64,000 nt of DNA from a virus (lineage: Duplodnaviria; Caudoviricetes): the IMG/VR virus record IMGVR_UViG_3300042970_000025, one strand, 5' to 3'. Both the position numbers and the translations under genes were made by a program. The notes below the pieces were generated by a model, which did not search any database, had not been told where the DNA came from, and worked only from the letters and a program-made list of their open reading frames with translations. Positions 49,476-59,218 of the stretch are shown here, one piece after another. Within the stretch, counting starts at the first letter, position 1, and every line of letters begins with the position of its first letter.

Positions 49476-51074
49476 TTAAATAAACAAGATCCCTCTACTG
49501 TCATATATTGACTCCCCAGTGTCGTTTCCGCAGCGGATCGCTCGGTCTAAGGACATAACAAGAGCGACGGCTCCGTCGATCTTCTCGGTGGACTTTTCCT
49601 TATCCATCTTGATGTTTCCTGCAGGGTCCGTCCGGACGTAAACGTTATCCATCATCCAGCGGAGGACCGGATGGCCTCCATGCGCGATTTTCTGGTCCAG
49701 CGTCAGCCGCATCAGCTCCTTGGTGGGGCTACTCATGCTCGAGAAGCCTTGGCCAAATGGCACGACAGTAAATCCCATGCCTTCCAGGTTCTGGACCATC
49801 TGGACGGCTCCCCAGCGGTCAAAGGCAATTTCTCTGATGTTGTATTTTTCTCCAAGGCGCTCGATAAACTTTTCAATAAAACCGTAGTGGATGACGTTTC
49901 CTTCGGTTGTCTGGATTGCGCCCTGCTTCTGCCAGAGGTCGTAGGGAACGTGATCGCGCCTTACGCGCAGGTCCAGCGTATCTTCCGGCAGCCAAAAGTA
50001 GGGGAGAACAACGTATTTATCGTTTTCGTCTTCTGGTGGAAAAACCAGAACGAAGGCGGTGATGTCTGTGGTGGAGGAAAGGTCCAGGCCACCATAACAC
50101 ACACGACCGTAGAGGTCTTCTTCTCTAACTTTAAAGGAGCAGGCGTCCCACTTATCCATTGGCATCCAGCGGACAGACTGCTTGACCCACTGATCAAGAC
50201 GAAGCTGCCTGAAGGCGTTTTCTTCCTGGGGATTCTGCTTGGCAGATTCGCAGGCCGCCTTAACTTTGTCGATGTCAATGGTGACGCCAAGCGACGGGTT
50301 TGCTTTTTTCCACACCTCAGGGTCCGTCCAGTCTTCATCCATCGCGGCACCATAGATCACCGGGTAGAAGGTCTCGTCGTGTTTTCTTCCTTCCAGAATG
50401 TCAACGGCTTTCTGGTGTAGCTCATAGCAGATGGAGTTTATGTCGTTTCCTGCAGTCGTGATGATAAAATGCAGAGGATTCTTTCTTGCGTCTGATGTTC
50501 CCTTTGTCATCATGTCAAAGAACTTCCGGTCTTTTTGCACCCAGAGCTCATCAAACACCAGACCGGACACATTCACGCCGGACTTTCCCGCAACCTCAGC
50601 AGAAACCGCTTTATAGATGCTGTTGGTGGGGCGGAAGTGGATGGTCTTTCGGCTCGGGCGGATATCGCAGTATTTGCTCAAGGTTTTATGGAGCTTGACC
50701 ATGTCGCAGGCCACATCGAACACCAGGGAAGCCTGGTCCCGGTCCGCGGCGCATCCGTACACTTCCGCACGCTGCTCACCGTCTGCACACAGCATGTAAA
50801 GAGCCACAGCCGCGGCAAGCTCGCTCTTTCCACATTTCTTTGGAATTTCGATGTAAGCGGTGGTAAACTGCCGGTATCCGTCTGGCTTAAGGGCGCCGAA
50901 CAGGTCGCGGATGATCTGTTCCTGCCAGGGCATCAGGTGAAAAGGCTTGTTATAGAAGTCGCCCTTGGTGTGGGAAAGCTGCTCGATAAACATCACGACT
51001 AAATCTGCGGCTGTCTTATCGTAGTGCGAAGTTTTCGCGATAAATTTTGTGGGCTTGTATCTTTCCAAGGTCAT
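49476..51074 (-). CDS. terL: Terminase large subunit
   Basis: IPKKCGKSEL Walker A, VFDE, ITTAG, GGLDLS, KIDGAVA; start MTLERY after GGAGG. Confidence 0.95.
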   Translation of the reverse strand: MTLERYKPTKFIAKTSHYDKTAADLVVMFIEQLSHTKGDFYNKPFHLMPWQEQIIRDLFGALKPDGYRQFTTAYIEIPKKCGKSELAAAVALYMLCADGEQRAEVYGCAADRDQASLVFDVACDMVKLHKTLSKYCDIRPSRKTIHFRPTNSIYKAVSAEVAGKSGVNVSGLVFDELWVQKDRKFFDMMTKGTSDARKNPLHFIITTAGNDINSICYELHQKAVDILEGRKHDETFYPVIYGAAMDEDWTDPEVWKKANPSLGVTIDIDKVKAACESAKQNPQEENAFRQLRLDQWVKQSVRWMPMDKWDACSFKVREEDLYGRVCYGGLDLSSTTDITAFVLVFPPEDENDKYVVLPYFWLPEDTLDLRVRRDHVPYDLWQKQGAIQTTEGNVIHYGFIEKFIERLGEKYNIREIAFDRWGAVQMVQNLEGMGFTVVPFGQGFSSMSSPTKELMRLTLDQKIAHGGHPVLRWMMDNVYVRTDPAGNIKMDKEKSTEKIDGAVALVMSLDRAIRCGNDTGESIYDSRGILFI

Positions 51075-51403
51075 TCCCTCCAGGGCAGGCAAAAGAAAAG
51101 AACGCCAAAAGGCGTTCCGGGTGTTTTTCTCCATATTACTTTGGTGTTCCTTTGGCATGCACATGTATCATTGAAATAGCAGGACTAGGTTATGAATTTT
51201 GCGGGCATAAAAATGACCCGCATTGCTGCGGGCCAAGAACAAAACCAAATAAATATATTTTAAGTGTCCGACTTAATAGCCGAGAAAGGACTTAAAAAAT
51301 GTTCGATATTATTATATCACGAATACCATAAAAATTAAAGCCACGGCAAAAGGAAAATCCTATGTCCGCAACAAGAACAGGAGCCTTGGTAGGCTCCTCC
51401 CTC

Positions 51404-51697
51404 TTAAGCTTCGATGGCCTGATCGAAAGCTTCAAGCTCTTCTTCAGTGTAAAGGTCTGTCCAGTCGGCATCTTCAGGTTCCTTCATGTAGAGGATTCGC
51501 TCTTTGTCATCAAAACGCTTTGGGTCTTTCTTGATTGCGCAAGGGTAAAAACCATTCTGCTGGAAAAGGTCATCTGCAGACTGTTTGTATTCTCTGCTCG
51601 CTTCTACCGGAATCGTAAGGATGGCTGTGTTTCCGTAAAAGCCTCTTTTCAGGTTCTTCCAAAGGTAAGTGAATTCGTTTCTTTCTGCTCTTGTCAT
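51404..51697 (-). CDS. Small moron protein
   Basis: Own promoter repeat and GGAGG RBS. Confidence 0.65.
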   Translation of the reverse strand: MTRAERNEFTYLWKNLKRGFYGNTAILTIPVEASREYKQSADDLFQQNGFYPCAIKKDPKRFDDKERILYMKEPEDADWTDLYTEEELEAFDQAIEA

Positions 51698-51723
51698 GGT
51701 ATTTTCCTCCGGGGCTCTTCGTG

Positions 51724-51783
51724 TCTTTGCTTTTTGCATGTACATATATCACTCTAAACCCTTGGAATAGCAAGCTTTATGTG
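51724..51783 (-). promoter_or_regulatory. Repeated promoter-like motif CTTGCTA-N10-TTAGAGTGATATATGTA
   Basis: Copies at 52544-52577 and 53718-53751, variant at 24991-25024. Confidence 0.75.
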
Positions 51784-51803
51784 GAAATAAGATCATTCTT
51801 TCT

Positions 51804-52028
51804 TTAGTTATATTGATGGATCAGGGCTGCGTAGGCGAGCTGGCTTGTTTCATCTTCCGGCTCAATGTCCCATCCGCGGTCATAGCGGAGCGTCGTTTTG
51901 TTTCCAATGCGGAGCTCCATCTTGCTGATTTTGCCGCATTCGATGCCATAGTCTGAAGGCTCGTCGTAGTGTTTTAGTTCGTATTTTACCGTTTTCCCTT
52001 CGATCTCAAGCGTTCCTTTTTCCCACAT
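51804..52028 (-). CDS. Small conserved phage protein
   Basis: MWEKG..KHYDEPSDYGI..GKISK..YDRGWD; AAGGAGG RBS. Confidence 0.75.
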   Translation of the reverse strand: MWEKGTLEIEGKTVKYELKHYDEPSDYGIECGKISKMELRIGNKTTLRYDRGWDIEPEDETSQLAYAALIHQYN

Positions 52029-52038
52029 GGCGGCCTCC

Positions 52039-52506
52039 TTATGCAATCGTGAACTCGATTCCGTTCTTTCTTTCCGGTTCGTCCGTTCCGAAGCGGTGAT
52101 CGTCCTTTCTTGTGACAATCTTTAAGCTTCCCATCTTCCAGCCGTTTGCGCTAAGTCCATAGATTCCATCCATCAGGCCGGTGCTCTGGTCGGTGACTGT
52201 GATGGCGTCAATTCCGGCTTCTCTTAAGGTATCAGCGAAATCTTTCATATCCTTAGGCCAAGGCAGGTCCTCGACTTCGAAGCAGTCCGCTCCGCGGTAG
52301 TTTACGTTTTGGTAAGCCCAGTAGGCTTTCATCGCTCCGTCGCTGTATGGGAATTTGTTTTCCTCTTCGAAGGCTTTCATCAGGGTGGTTCCTTCATCGT
52401 ATTTTTCTTCGTCAAAAAGCTTGCTGCGCTGTTTTCTAATCGCTTCTTTCTTTTCCTGGTAGTCGCTTATTTCTTTGTACATGTTTTCAAAATATGCGTT
52501 TTTCAT
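52039..52506 (-). CDS. Small moron protein
   Basis: GGAGG RBS; own promoter repeat. Confidence 0.7.
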   Translation of the reverse strand: MKNAYFENMYKEISDYQEKKEAIRKQRSKLFDEEKYDEGTTLMKAFEEENKFPYSDGAMKAYWAYQNVNYRGADCFEVEDLPWPKDMKDFADTLREAGIDAITVTDQSTGLMDGIYGLSANGWKMGSLKIVTRKDDHRFGTDEPERKNGIEFTIA

Positions 52507-52599
52507 GGTCTTTCCTCCGTTGTTCTTTGCTTTTCTTTGCATGTACATATATCACTCTAAAGCCTTGAAATAGCAAGCTTTATGTGAGGTTTTCTGCCT

Positions 52600-52779
52600 T
52601 TATTTTTCGCTTCCTGTCAGGATGAAATGAACGTACTCTTTCCGGTGTTCTTCAAGGTAAAGAACCAGGTCGTAATAGTCATAGTCAAAAGCAATCCGCT
52701 GAACGGCAATGGTATCCAGCATGTTGGTTAAACCGCTTCGCTGGATGGCAAGAATCTGCTTCTTGATGGTTTCATTCAT
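52600..52779 (-). CDS. DUF5049-like protein, 59 aa (not in ORF track)
   Basis: MNETIKKQILAIQRSGLTNMLD..EYVHFILTG. Confidence 0.75.
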   Translation of the reverse strand: MNETIKKQILAIQRSGLTNMLDTIAVQRIAFDYDYYDLVLYLEEHRKEYVHFILTGSEK

Positions 52780-53005
52780 GGCATGTTCCTACCTTCCGTA
52801 CGATATCTTCTCCAAAGATGACATTTAGTCCAGATCCGTTATCCCAGTGGACCAGGATGCTTCCCGTGTCGTCAACACCATAGACGGTGCCAAGCGTTCC
52901 TTTGGGCGGTGCCTGGACATCATCCATTTTGATGAGCTCAACTCTCGTTCCGGCTGGGTAGCCGGAGCGAAGAATCGATAAGGTTTCTTTTCCAATGATG
53001 CTCAT
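52772..53005 (-). CDS. DUF4314-like protein
   Basis: YPAGTRVELIKMDD..GTV..VDDTG..V.WDNGSGL. Confidence 0.8.
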   Translation of the reverse strand: MSIIGKETLSILRSGYPAGTRVELIKMDDVQAPPKGTLGTVYGVDDTGSILVHWDNGSGLNVIFGEDIVRKVGTCHE

Positions 53006-53682
53006 GCGTTAGCTTCCTCCTTTGCTTCTGGGGTATTTCTAAACGCGGAGTTTCCGGATAAATTCCGTAGAAGTATCTTCCTATCAAGTTTGTAATCCGG
53101 CCCGATAAATCCCAGCCTGAGAAGGAAGCAGCGGAAGGCGTACTTTTCGTTCGTCACCTCATAGGCTCTGCTGCTGACCCTGGACTGTTCTTTGCTGAGC
53201 TTGCAAAGCAGGGTAATGAAATCGGTGTAGGCTTTGATTTCATCGGGCTCTGGCACTTCCTTAAACCATGGGAAGCTGACCCGGTCATCCTTTACATCGA
53301 TGGTGAGATCTTCAATTCCAAAAGACTTCTTGATGAGATTACCTTTTGCCTTTAGGAAGTTGGAAAGGTTAGTGACATTTACCTCTTCAATTGGAATTTC
53401 AAAGGTAAGGCCGGTGTCTTCTGGAGCTTCGGCCTCATCCTGTTTTTCTTCAGGCTCGGATTCTCTCGGCTTGAAATCGACCTTTTCTAGCTCCGTAGCG
53501 ATATGGTTAAGCTTTTCTTCGTCTTCGCAGGTGACGACGCCTTCTTTATCGATGGTGACATTTCCCACTTTGTATGCGCAGGTCGGCATGAACTGATATT
53601 CTGATGTGTCACCGGTAATACGGCAGATTTCTGTCACTAAGTCCTTCCGTTCTTCTCCCGTTACCTTGTAGCTTAATTTCAT
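53002..53682 (-). CDS. Conserved phage protein (often annotated 'virulence-related')
   Basis: NEKYAFRCFLLRLGFIG..RKILLRNLSGNSAF. Confidence 0.8.
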   Translation of the reverse strand: MKLSYKVTGEERKDLVTEICRITGDTSEYQFMPTCAYKVGNVTIDKEGVVTCEDEEKLNHIATELEKVDFKPRESEPEEKQDEAEAPEDTGLTFEIPIEEVNVTNLSNFLKAKGNLIKKSFGIEDLTIDVKDDRVSFPWFKEVPEPDEIKAYTDFITLLCKLSKEQSRVSSRAYEVTNEKYAFRCFLLRLGFIGPDYKLDRKILLRNLSGNSAFRNTPEAKEEANA

Positions 53683-53775
53683 TTTCGTACCTCCTTGATT
53701 TTGTTTCTTTTGGTAGGTACATATATCACTCTAAAGCGCTGTAATAGCAAGAGAATAATGCTGAAATTCCAATGT

Positions 53776-55014
53776 TTATGTGAGTTCAGCATAAGGGATC
53801 TTCTTTCCATCGCGGAGGACAAATACATCAGAGGAATCATCCCTATATTGGATGTACCGATTCACTGCAACATCTACGAACTTGGGCTCTAGCTCAATTC
53901 CATAGCAAACCCGGTTCAGCTGCTCGCAGGCAATGAGAGTCGAGGCGGATCCAAGAAATCCGTCAAGGACCAGGCCGTTAGACTGGGTGCACTGCTTAAT
54001 GAGGTAGGCGATGAGCGGGACTGGCTTACTGGACGGGTGGCCGAAGCCATCTTCTTTAGCATTTCTAATTCCGTCAAACTCAAATACCGATTTCTGTTTC
54101 TGGTCACCATACCAGATGTGCTTTCCATCTTTTCTCCATCCCCAGATGATTGGCTCCATATTGAATTTCCAGTCGGTTCTCATCAGGGGAGCCCTTGGTT
54201 TCTTCCAGACCAGGCCTGCGCCAACTTTAAATCCGGCGTCTTCATAAGCGTCGTAAAAGACTCTTGCTTTCATGGTGGCGTAAAACACATAGATCGATGC
54301 GTCTTTTGCCATGGCATCATGAAAGCGAGTGAAAGAAGACAGCAGGAACTTGTATCCTTCTTCATCGGAAAGATCGTCATTTTTGATTTTACCAACCGAG
54401 CTGTCTAGAGACACAAGGTAAGGTGGATCTGTGCAAACAAGATTCACCTTCGTATCACCTAATAAATCTGTGTATGTGTTTTGGTCTGTAGAATCTCCGC
54501 AGATGACTCTGTGTTTTCCTAGATACCAGATGTCACCTGGCTTAGAAAAGCACGGTTTCTCGAGCTCTGCCTCTACATCGAAATCATCGTCTACTGCTTC
54601 TGTATCCACATCCATGAGTTTCGCGAGGTCTTTTTCATCAAAACCAAGAAGGGAAAGGTCGAAGGCGTTTTCCTGAAGATCAGACAGCTCAACAGAAAGT
54701 AGATCTTCATCCCAGCCAGCATTAAGAGACAGCTGGTTGTCTGCGATTATATATGCACGCTTCTGGGCGTCGGTCAGATATTCTTCCTTTACGCAAGGAA
54801 CTTTCTTCAGCCCTAATTTCTGCGCAGCATAAAACCTTCCGTGCCCGCAAAGGATGGTGTTATCTTTTGAGATTACAATAGGGGACAGGAAGCCGAATTC
54901 TTTAATCGATGCAGCAATCTGTGCAATCTGTTTGTCAGAATGGGTTCTCGCATTTCTGGCGTAGGGTATCAGCTTATCGGTGTCTTCGAGATAGTACTGT
55001 GTTGTTTTCTCCAT
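53776..55014 (-). CDS. ParB-domain DNA methyltransferase (N4/N6)
   Basis: PYARNARTH..GHGR; TDPPY; HPSSKP; LDGFLGSAST. Confidence 0.92.
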   Translation of the reverse strand: MEKTTQYYLEDTDKLIPYARNARTHSDKQIAQIAASIKEFGFLSPIVISKDNTILCGHGRFYAAQKLGLKKVPCVKEEYLTDAQKRAYIIADNQLSLNAGWDEDLLSVELSDLQENAFDLSLLGFDEKDLAKLMDVDTEAVDDDFDVEAELEKPCFSKPGDIWYLGKHRVICGDSTDQNTYTDLLGDTKVNLVCTDPPYLVSLDSSVGKIKNDDLSDEEGYKFLLSSFTRFHDAMAKDASIYVFYATMKARVFYDAYEDAGFKVGAGLVWKKPRAPLMRTDWKFNMEPIIWGWRKDGKHIWYGDQKQKSVFEFDGIRNAKEDGFGHPSSKPVPLIAYLIKQCTQSNGLVLDGFLGSASTLIACEQLNRVCYGIELEPKFVDVAVNRYIQYRDDSSDVFVLRDGKKIPYAELT

Positions 55015-55568
55015 TACTTACCTCCGCGTCTTGCTCTAAGCAGCCGCTCCATCACATCATCCTGAGGGTTTGCGCCGTTAAATTCGGTCGAGCAGTTCTC
55101 TTTTACGATCTGGAAGATTTCATTCCAGAGCCTGTTGGCCTGATTCATGTAGTTGATTCCGATGTTGATGAAAGGTGAGGGAATTGGCTTTCCCGTAGTC
55201 GGATGCTTACTCAGATATCCAAGCTTTGAGGTGATCTTCTCACAGGCGATCCATCTGGCGGAGGCCATGGAGTAGCGCTCAAGAAGCGCCGGAGATACCG
55301 CGCGGGCAACTCCAAGGCCGTCAAGCCAATCCCAGGTCTCTTTGTAGATCTCAGCGGCGGCAAACTCGGAGCCATCATGCTGAATATCAGAAAGGAACTC
55401 ATGAGGCTTCGGCATTTCCGCTCCTTCAAGGTCCGGAATGTTCAGGACCTCAAGTGGCCTTCCTCCGGGATTCCCATTTTGGTATTTCTCCAGCGCAGCT
55501 TTTTTCTTTCGTCCGGAGCCAGGGCGTCTGCCTCCGCGGCCGCCGATATTATTCGATTTTGTAGGCAT
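55014..55568 (-). CDS. terS: Terminase small subunit (P27-like)
   Basis: RGGRRPGSGRK..GNPG; KHPTTG; DDVMERLL. Confidence 0.8.
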   Translation of the reverse strand: MPTKSNNIGGRGGRRPGSGRKKKAALEKYQNGNPGGRPLEVLNIPDLEGAEMPKPHEFLSDIQHDGSEFAAAEIYKETWDWLDGLGVARAVSPALLERYSMASARWIACEKITSKLGYLSKHPTTGKPIPSPFINIGINYMNQANRLWNEIFQIVKENCSTEFNGANPQDDVMERLLRARRGGK

Positions 55569-55599
55569 AATGTAGCTGCCTCCTTTTCAGTATTTTTAT

Positions 55600-55710
55600 A
55601 TTCCTAACAGTCTGCTGGGTTATTACCCTTAAGAAAACGCATGTTCTGCACGCGAGAGGGGGCGCCGGTCTCCAGAGAGGCTCGCCGTAGAGATCTTTCC
55701 TCCCCCTGGG
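55600..55710. other. Candidate cos region
   Basis: GC-rich non-coding segment between the HNH and terS genes, the usual cos position in HK97-type phages. Confidence 0.4.
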
Positions 55711-56058
55711 TCAGCGACTTCCTTTCCGTTTATGCATTTTCTCGTGGCAGGAGTGGCAGAGGCTCATCAGGTTATTCTCCTCGCTGCTCCCACCCTCGGA
55801 CAGCGGCACGATGTGATGCACCTCCTGCGCCTTCACGTACCTTCCTTCAAGAAGGCAGCGCTCGCAGAGTGGGTGCTTGTGAATGTAGCGGTCCCGGATT
55901 TTCTTCCAGGGCCTGCCGTACCGTTTTCCGGTGGAGTAGCCGCGGGTGAACGTGTCGTAGTGACGCTGCATCATCTTTTCATGCTCCTCGCAGTAGGTGT
56001 GGTCTGTCAGCCGAGGGCATCCTGGGTAGCGGCAGGGCCGCTTGGGTTTTCGTGGCAT
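55711..56058 (-). CDS. Packaging-associated HNH endonuclease
   Basis: CERC..EVHHIVPL..N..NLMSLCHSCH. Confidence 0.9.
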   Translation of the reverse strand: MPRKPKRPCRYPGCPRLTDHTYCEEHEKMMQRHYDTFTRGYSTGKRYGRPWKKIRDRYIHKHPLCERCLLEGRYVKAQEVHHIVPLSEGGSSEENNLMSLCHSCHEKMHKRKGSR

Positions 56059-56157
56059 GGCTTCTCCTTTCGGGCAAAAGAAAACCTCGCAAGGGGATTT
56101 CCTTACGAGGCTGCTTTATCCTAACTTTCTACACTATCATTTTACTATTTCTTGAGG

Positions 56158-56214
56158 TGCACTCAAGTGAAGTGAACTGCACATGACTGCACTCAACTGC
56201 ACTTAACTGCACTC
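56158..56214. repeat. Tandem 10-bp repeats (tgcactcaac-like, about 6 units) upstream of the late operon
   Basis: tgcactcaag tgaagtgaac tgcacatgac tgcactcaac tgcacttaac tgcactc. Confidence 0.8.
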
Positions 56215-56634
56215 TTCGTTGATGACCCGGTCCAGCTCTTCAAGTGCGTAACCGTGAAGGGAGTAAACCCAGCGGAGGGAATAGAACATGTTTAAAGAGA
56301 TCTCTTCCCAGGACTCGTTCTTAAAGTAACGGGAGATTAAAACCGTCTGGTAGTCTGGTTCCTTGATCCTTCCAATGTAGTCCAGAGCCTCGGTCTTCCT
56401 TTCCGTCAGTTCATCCTCATCGCTTTTAATTTCTTCTTCTAAGCTCAGCATCTTCACGATGGTTTCTTCCAGGCGGGAAGAATCATGGTTTGAGGCCGTT
56501 GGCAGGTCAGAGAAAGCAGGGGAGCTGACGGAGCGGGCCAGGTCCTGCATGATCGTTAATCGCTCCTTCTTTGCCTTGATCCTGGCTTCCTCTCGGGACA
56601 GTCCCCTTAGATATTCTTTTGCATTCATAAGCAT
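56203..56634 (-). CDS. Late transcriptional activator (ArpU/RinA/DUF1492-like)
   Basis: AKEYL..VLISRYF..SWEEIS..YSLRWVYSLHGYAL; last gene before packaging. Confidence 0.75.
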   Translation of the reverse strand: MLMNAKEYLRGLSREEARIKAKKERLTIMQDLARSVSSPAFSDLPTASNHDSSRLEETIVKMLSLEEEIKSDEDELTERKTEALDYIGRIKEPDYQTVLISRYFKNESWEEISLNMFYSLRWVYSLHGYALEELDRVINEECS

Positions 56635-56837
56635 TCCTCCCTCAGCTTTTTAATTAAGTAGTTCCCATCGATTTTGGTGAGTAACTTAAACCAGGAAGAA
56701 CGGAAGAAGCGTTCGTCTTCCTTGACCTTTCCCTTGTTGATGTTCGAAGGTCTATTCTTCATGCGTCTTAAATCCTGCCGGTAGTCTTTGACTGCCTGAA
56801 GGACGATCGCGTCTGCTAATTTCTGATAAGGATCCAT
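56625..56837 (-). CDS. Conserved phage hypothetical protein
   Basis: LADAIVLQAVKDYR..ERFFRSSWF. Confidence 0.75.
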   Translation of the reverse strand: MDPYQKLADAIVLQAVKDYRQDLRRMKNRPSNINKGKVKEDERFFRSSWFKLLTKIDGNYLIKKLREECL

Positions 56838-58186
56838 CAGTTCACCTCCAGCTGCGCTTTGACTGCATCAATTAAAGCGGCCTGCGTCTTATTTTTCTTG
56901 TTTAGGGCTGTCATCACGTTTTCATCGATGGTGCCTTTTGTAATGATGTGGTGGATGACCACGGTGTCTTTCTGGCCCTGCCGCCAGAGTCTGGCGTTGG
57001 TTTGCTGGTAAAGCTCTAAAGACCAGGTTAAGCCAAACCAGATCAGGGTTGATCCACCTGCCTGAAGGTTCAGGCCGTGGCCCGCGGAAGCGGGGTGGAG
57101 GACAGCAAGAGGAATCCCGCCTTCATTCCAGTCTTTAATGTCTTGATCGGTCTTGATTTCCCGGACAGGAAAGCGCTTCTTGATCCTCTCAAAATCATGC
57201 TTAAACCAGTAAGCAATCAGAACCGGCTTTCCGTTTGCGCTTTCGATGAGATCTTCCAGGGCATCGAGTTTCCTCTCGTGAATCAACACGGCTTTTCCAT
57301 CGTCACTGTAGACGGCTCCGTTTGCCATCTGAAGAAGCTTATTGGATAGGGAGGCTGCGTTGACCGCGTCGATTTCTTTATCCTTTAAGCTGACCACCAT
57401 TTCTTTTTTCAAATCGTCATAGAGTTTCTGCTCTTTAGGAGCAAGAGTAACCTTGACTTCGTTCGTCACGAGTTTTGGCATTTTGAGATAATCACAAGCT
57501 TTCATCGATATCGTGATGTCCGAGATCTTTTTATAGATCGCATCTTCCGCTCCAGGAAGCGGCTTGTAGGAAAAGATCACTTGCGCGTTTCTTTTGTCTG
57601 GAAGAAAGTAGTTCCTCCGGTACTGGCCGATGTAACGCCCAAGCCTTTCTCCCATGTCAAGCAGCCTGAACTTTGCGAAAAGGTCCATCAGGCCGTTACT
57701 TGATGGCGTTCCGGTTAAGCCCACGATCCGTTTTACCTTTGGCCTCACCTTTAGAAGGCTCTTAAAGCGCTTGGACTGGTGGGATTTAAAGGAGGACAGC
57801 TCATCAAGCACAAGCATGTCGTAGTCAAAGGGAAGGCCGGACTTTTCCACGAGCCAGCTGACATTTTCCCGGTTGATGATGTAAAGGTCAGCTTTACTTT
57901 TCAGGGCTTTCTTCCGCTCGCTTTCCGGGCCAGTCGCTACGGAGTAGGTCAGGCCTTTCAGATGGTCCCACTTTTTGATTTCTTCCGGCCAGCTGCTGGT
58001 GCAGACGCGAAGAGGAGCAATGATTAAAGGCTTCCTTACTTCAAAGCGGTCAAACATCAGCTCCTGAATCGCGGTCAGTGTGATCACGGTCTTTCCAAGT
58101 CCGCAGCTAAGAAGGATCGCGGACACTGGATGATCGATGATGAACTTTGTGGAGTAGGCCTGGTATTTATGAGGATTGTATTTCAT
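56837..58186 (-). CDS. SNF2-family helicase
   Basis: GLGKT, DELS, LTGTP, GHGLNLQ, QTNARLWRQGQ. Confidence 0.92.
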   Translation of the reverse strand: MKYNPHKYQAYSTKFIIDHPVSAILLSCGLGKTVITLTAIQELMFDRFEVRKPLIIAPLRVCTSSWPEEIKKWDHLKGLTYSVATGPESERKKALKSKADLYIINRENVSWLVEKSGLPFDYDMLVLDELSSFKSHQSKRFKSLLKVRPKVKRIVGLTGTPSSNGLMDLFAKFRLLDMGERLGRYIGQYRRNYFLPDKRNAQVIFSYKPLPGAEDAIYKKISDITISMKACDYLKMPKLVTNEVKVTLAPKEQKLYDDLKKEMVVSLKDKEIDAVNAASLSNKLLQMANGAVYSDDGKAVLIHERKLDALEDLIESANGKPVLIAYWFKHDFERIKKRFPVREIKTDQDIKDWNEGGIPLAVLHPASAGHGLNLQAGGSTLIWFGLTWSLELYQQTNARLWRQGQKDTVVIHHIITKGTIDENVMTALNKKNKTQAALIDAVKAQLEVN

Positions 58187-58448
58187 CTAAAATTCCTCCA
58201 ATCTGTTCTGGCTGATCGATTAAGTAAACAGAAAAGCCAAGATCTTCAAGCTGGCGTTTTCTTTTTAGCTGAAGAGGCCGCATCTTCTTTCTAGGGGCTT
58301 TCAGCTCGACAAAGGCTATATTGCCTTCCGGCAGTAAAACGATCCGGTCTGGTACTCCGCTTAGGCCGGGAGAGATAAATTTCAGTGCTAGGCCTCCCAT
58401 GCCTTTAACTTCCCGTCGCAGTTTCTCTTCGATTTCTTTTTCTTTCAT
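58167..58448 (-). CDS. VRR-NUC nuclease
   Basis: GVPDRI..FVELKAP..Q. Confidence 0.9.
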   Translation of the reverse strand: MKEKEIEEKLRREVKGMGGLALKFISPGLSGVPDRIVLLPEGNIAFVELKAPRKKMRPLQLKRKRQLEDLGFSVYLIDQPEQIGGILDEIQSS

Positions 58449-59218
58449 ATCGTCCTTTCCGTGTTCCAGTGATCCAGTGATCCACGTTTTCCTCTATATA
58501 TCGTATATATGTATATATATTCTATATACTCTATATTTATATATATTATTTTTAATAGAATATAGTGGAACAGTGGATCAGTAAGCGCTGAAACACTTGT
58601 AGTTACTAATATCTAGCATGATCCAGTTTTGTTGTTCCGGTCTGGATCAGACTGGAATGGATCACGATCCAGTAATCCAGACCGGATTGCTTTTCACCCG
58701 ATTAGAATTTATGGCTGGATGCGTTCAGATGGAAGGTAAACCCACTGCGAACCATAGAGTGGAAGGCGGATTTTCTTTTCATAAACGATCCACTTAGGCT
58801 AGAAGAGATAAACTTCAGCGCTAAGCCTCCCATGGTTTATGTCTTCTTGCGAAGCCTCGCTTCGATTTCTTTTTCTTTCATATCGTCCTTTCTCTGTTCC
58901 AGTGTTCCACTAAATTCCCATTAATTTAGAAAAGGGTATATATGGTTATATATGTGTCCTATATGACCTATTTCTATGTTTTTTATTTTTAATAGAAAAT
59001 AGTGGAACAGTGGAACAGGATGTGCTGAAACACTTGTAATTACTAACTTCTAGCATGTTCCAGTATTGCTGTTCCGGTCTGGATCAGACTGGAATGGAAC
59101 ACGATTCAGTGATCCAGACCGGATTGTTTTTCGGCCGACTGGAACTTATGGACGAAGGCGTTCAGGTGGTATGTAAACCCACTGAGAGCCATAGAGTGGA
59201 ATGCGGATTTTCTTTTCG
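58359..59218. repeat. Diverged tandem duplication (~430-bp unit) of VRR-NUC 5' end + ori-like region + virE 3' end
   Basis: 58359-58779 aligns with 58791-59218. Confidence 0.85.

Noticed and set aside
43158-51002. Long antisense ORFs (e.g. 43158-43901, 49671-50420, 50535-51002; also 28450-29064)
   Set aside because: Shadows of well-supported minus-strand genes with no recognisable motifs
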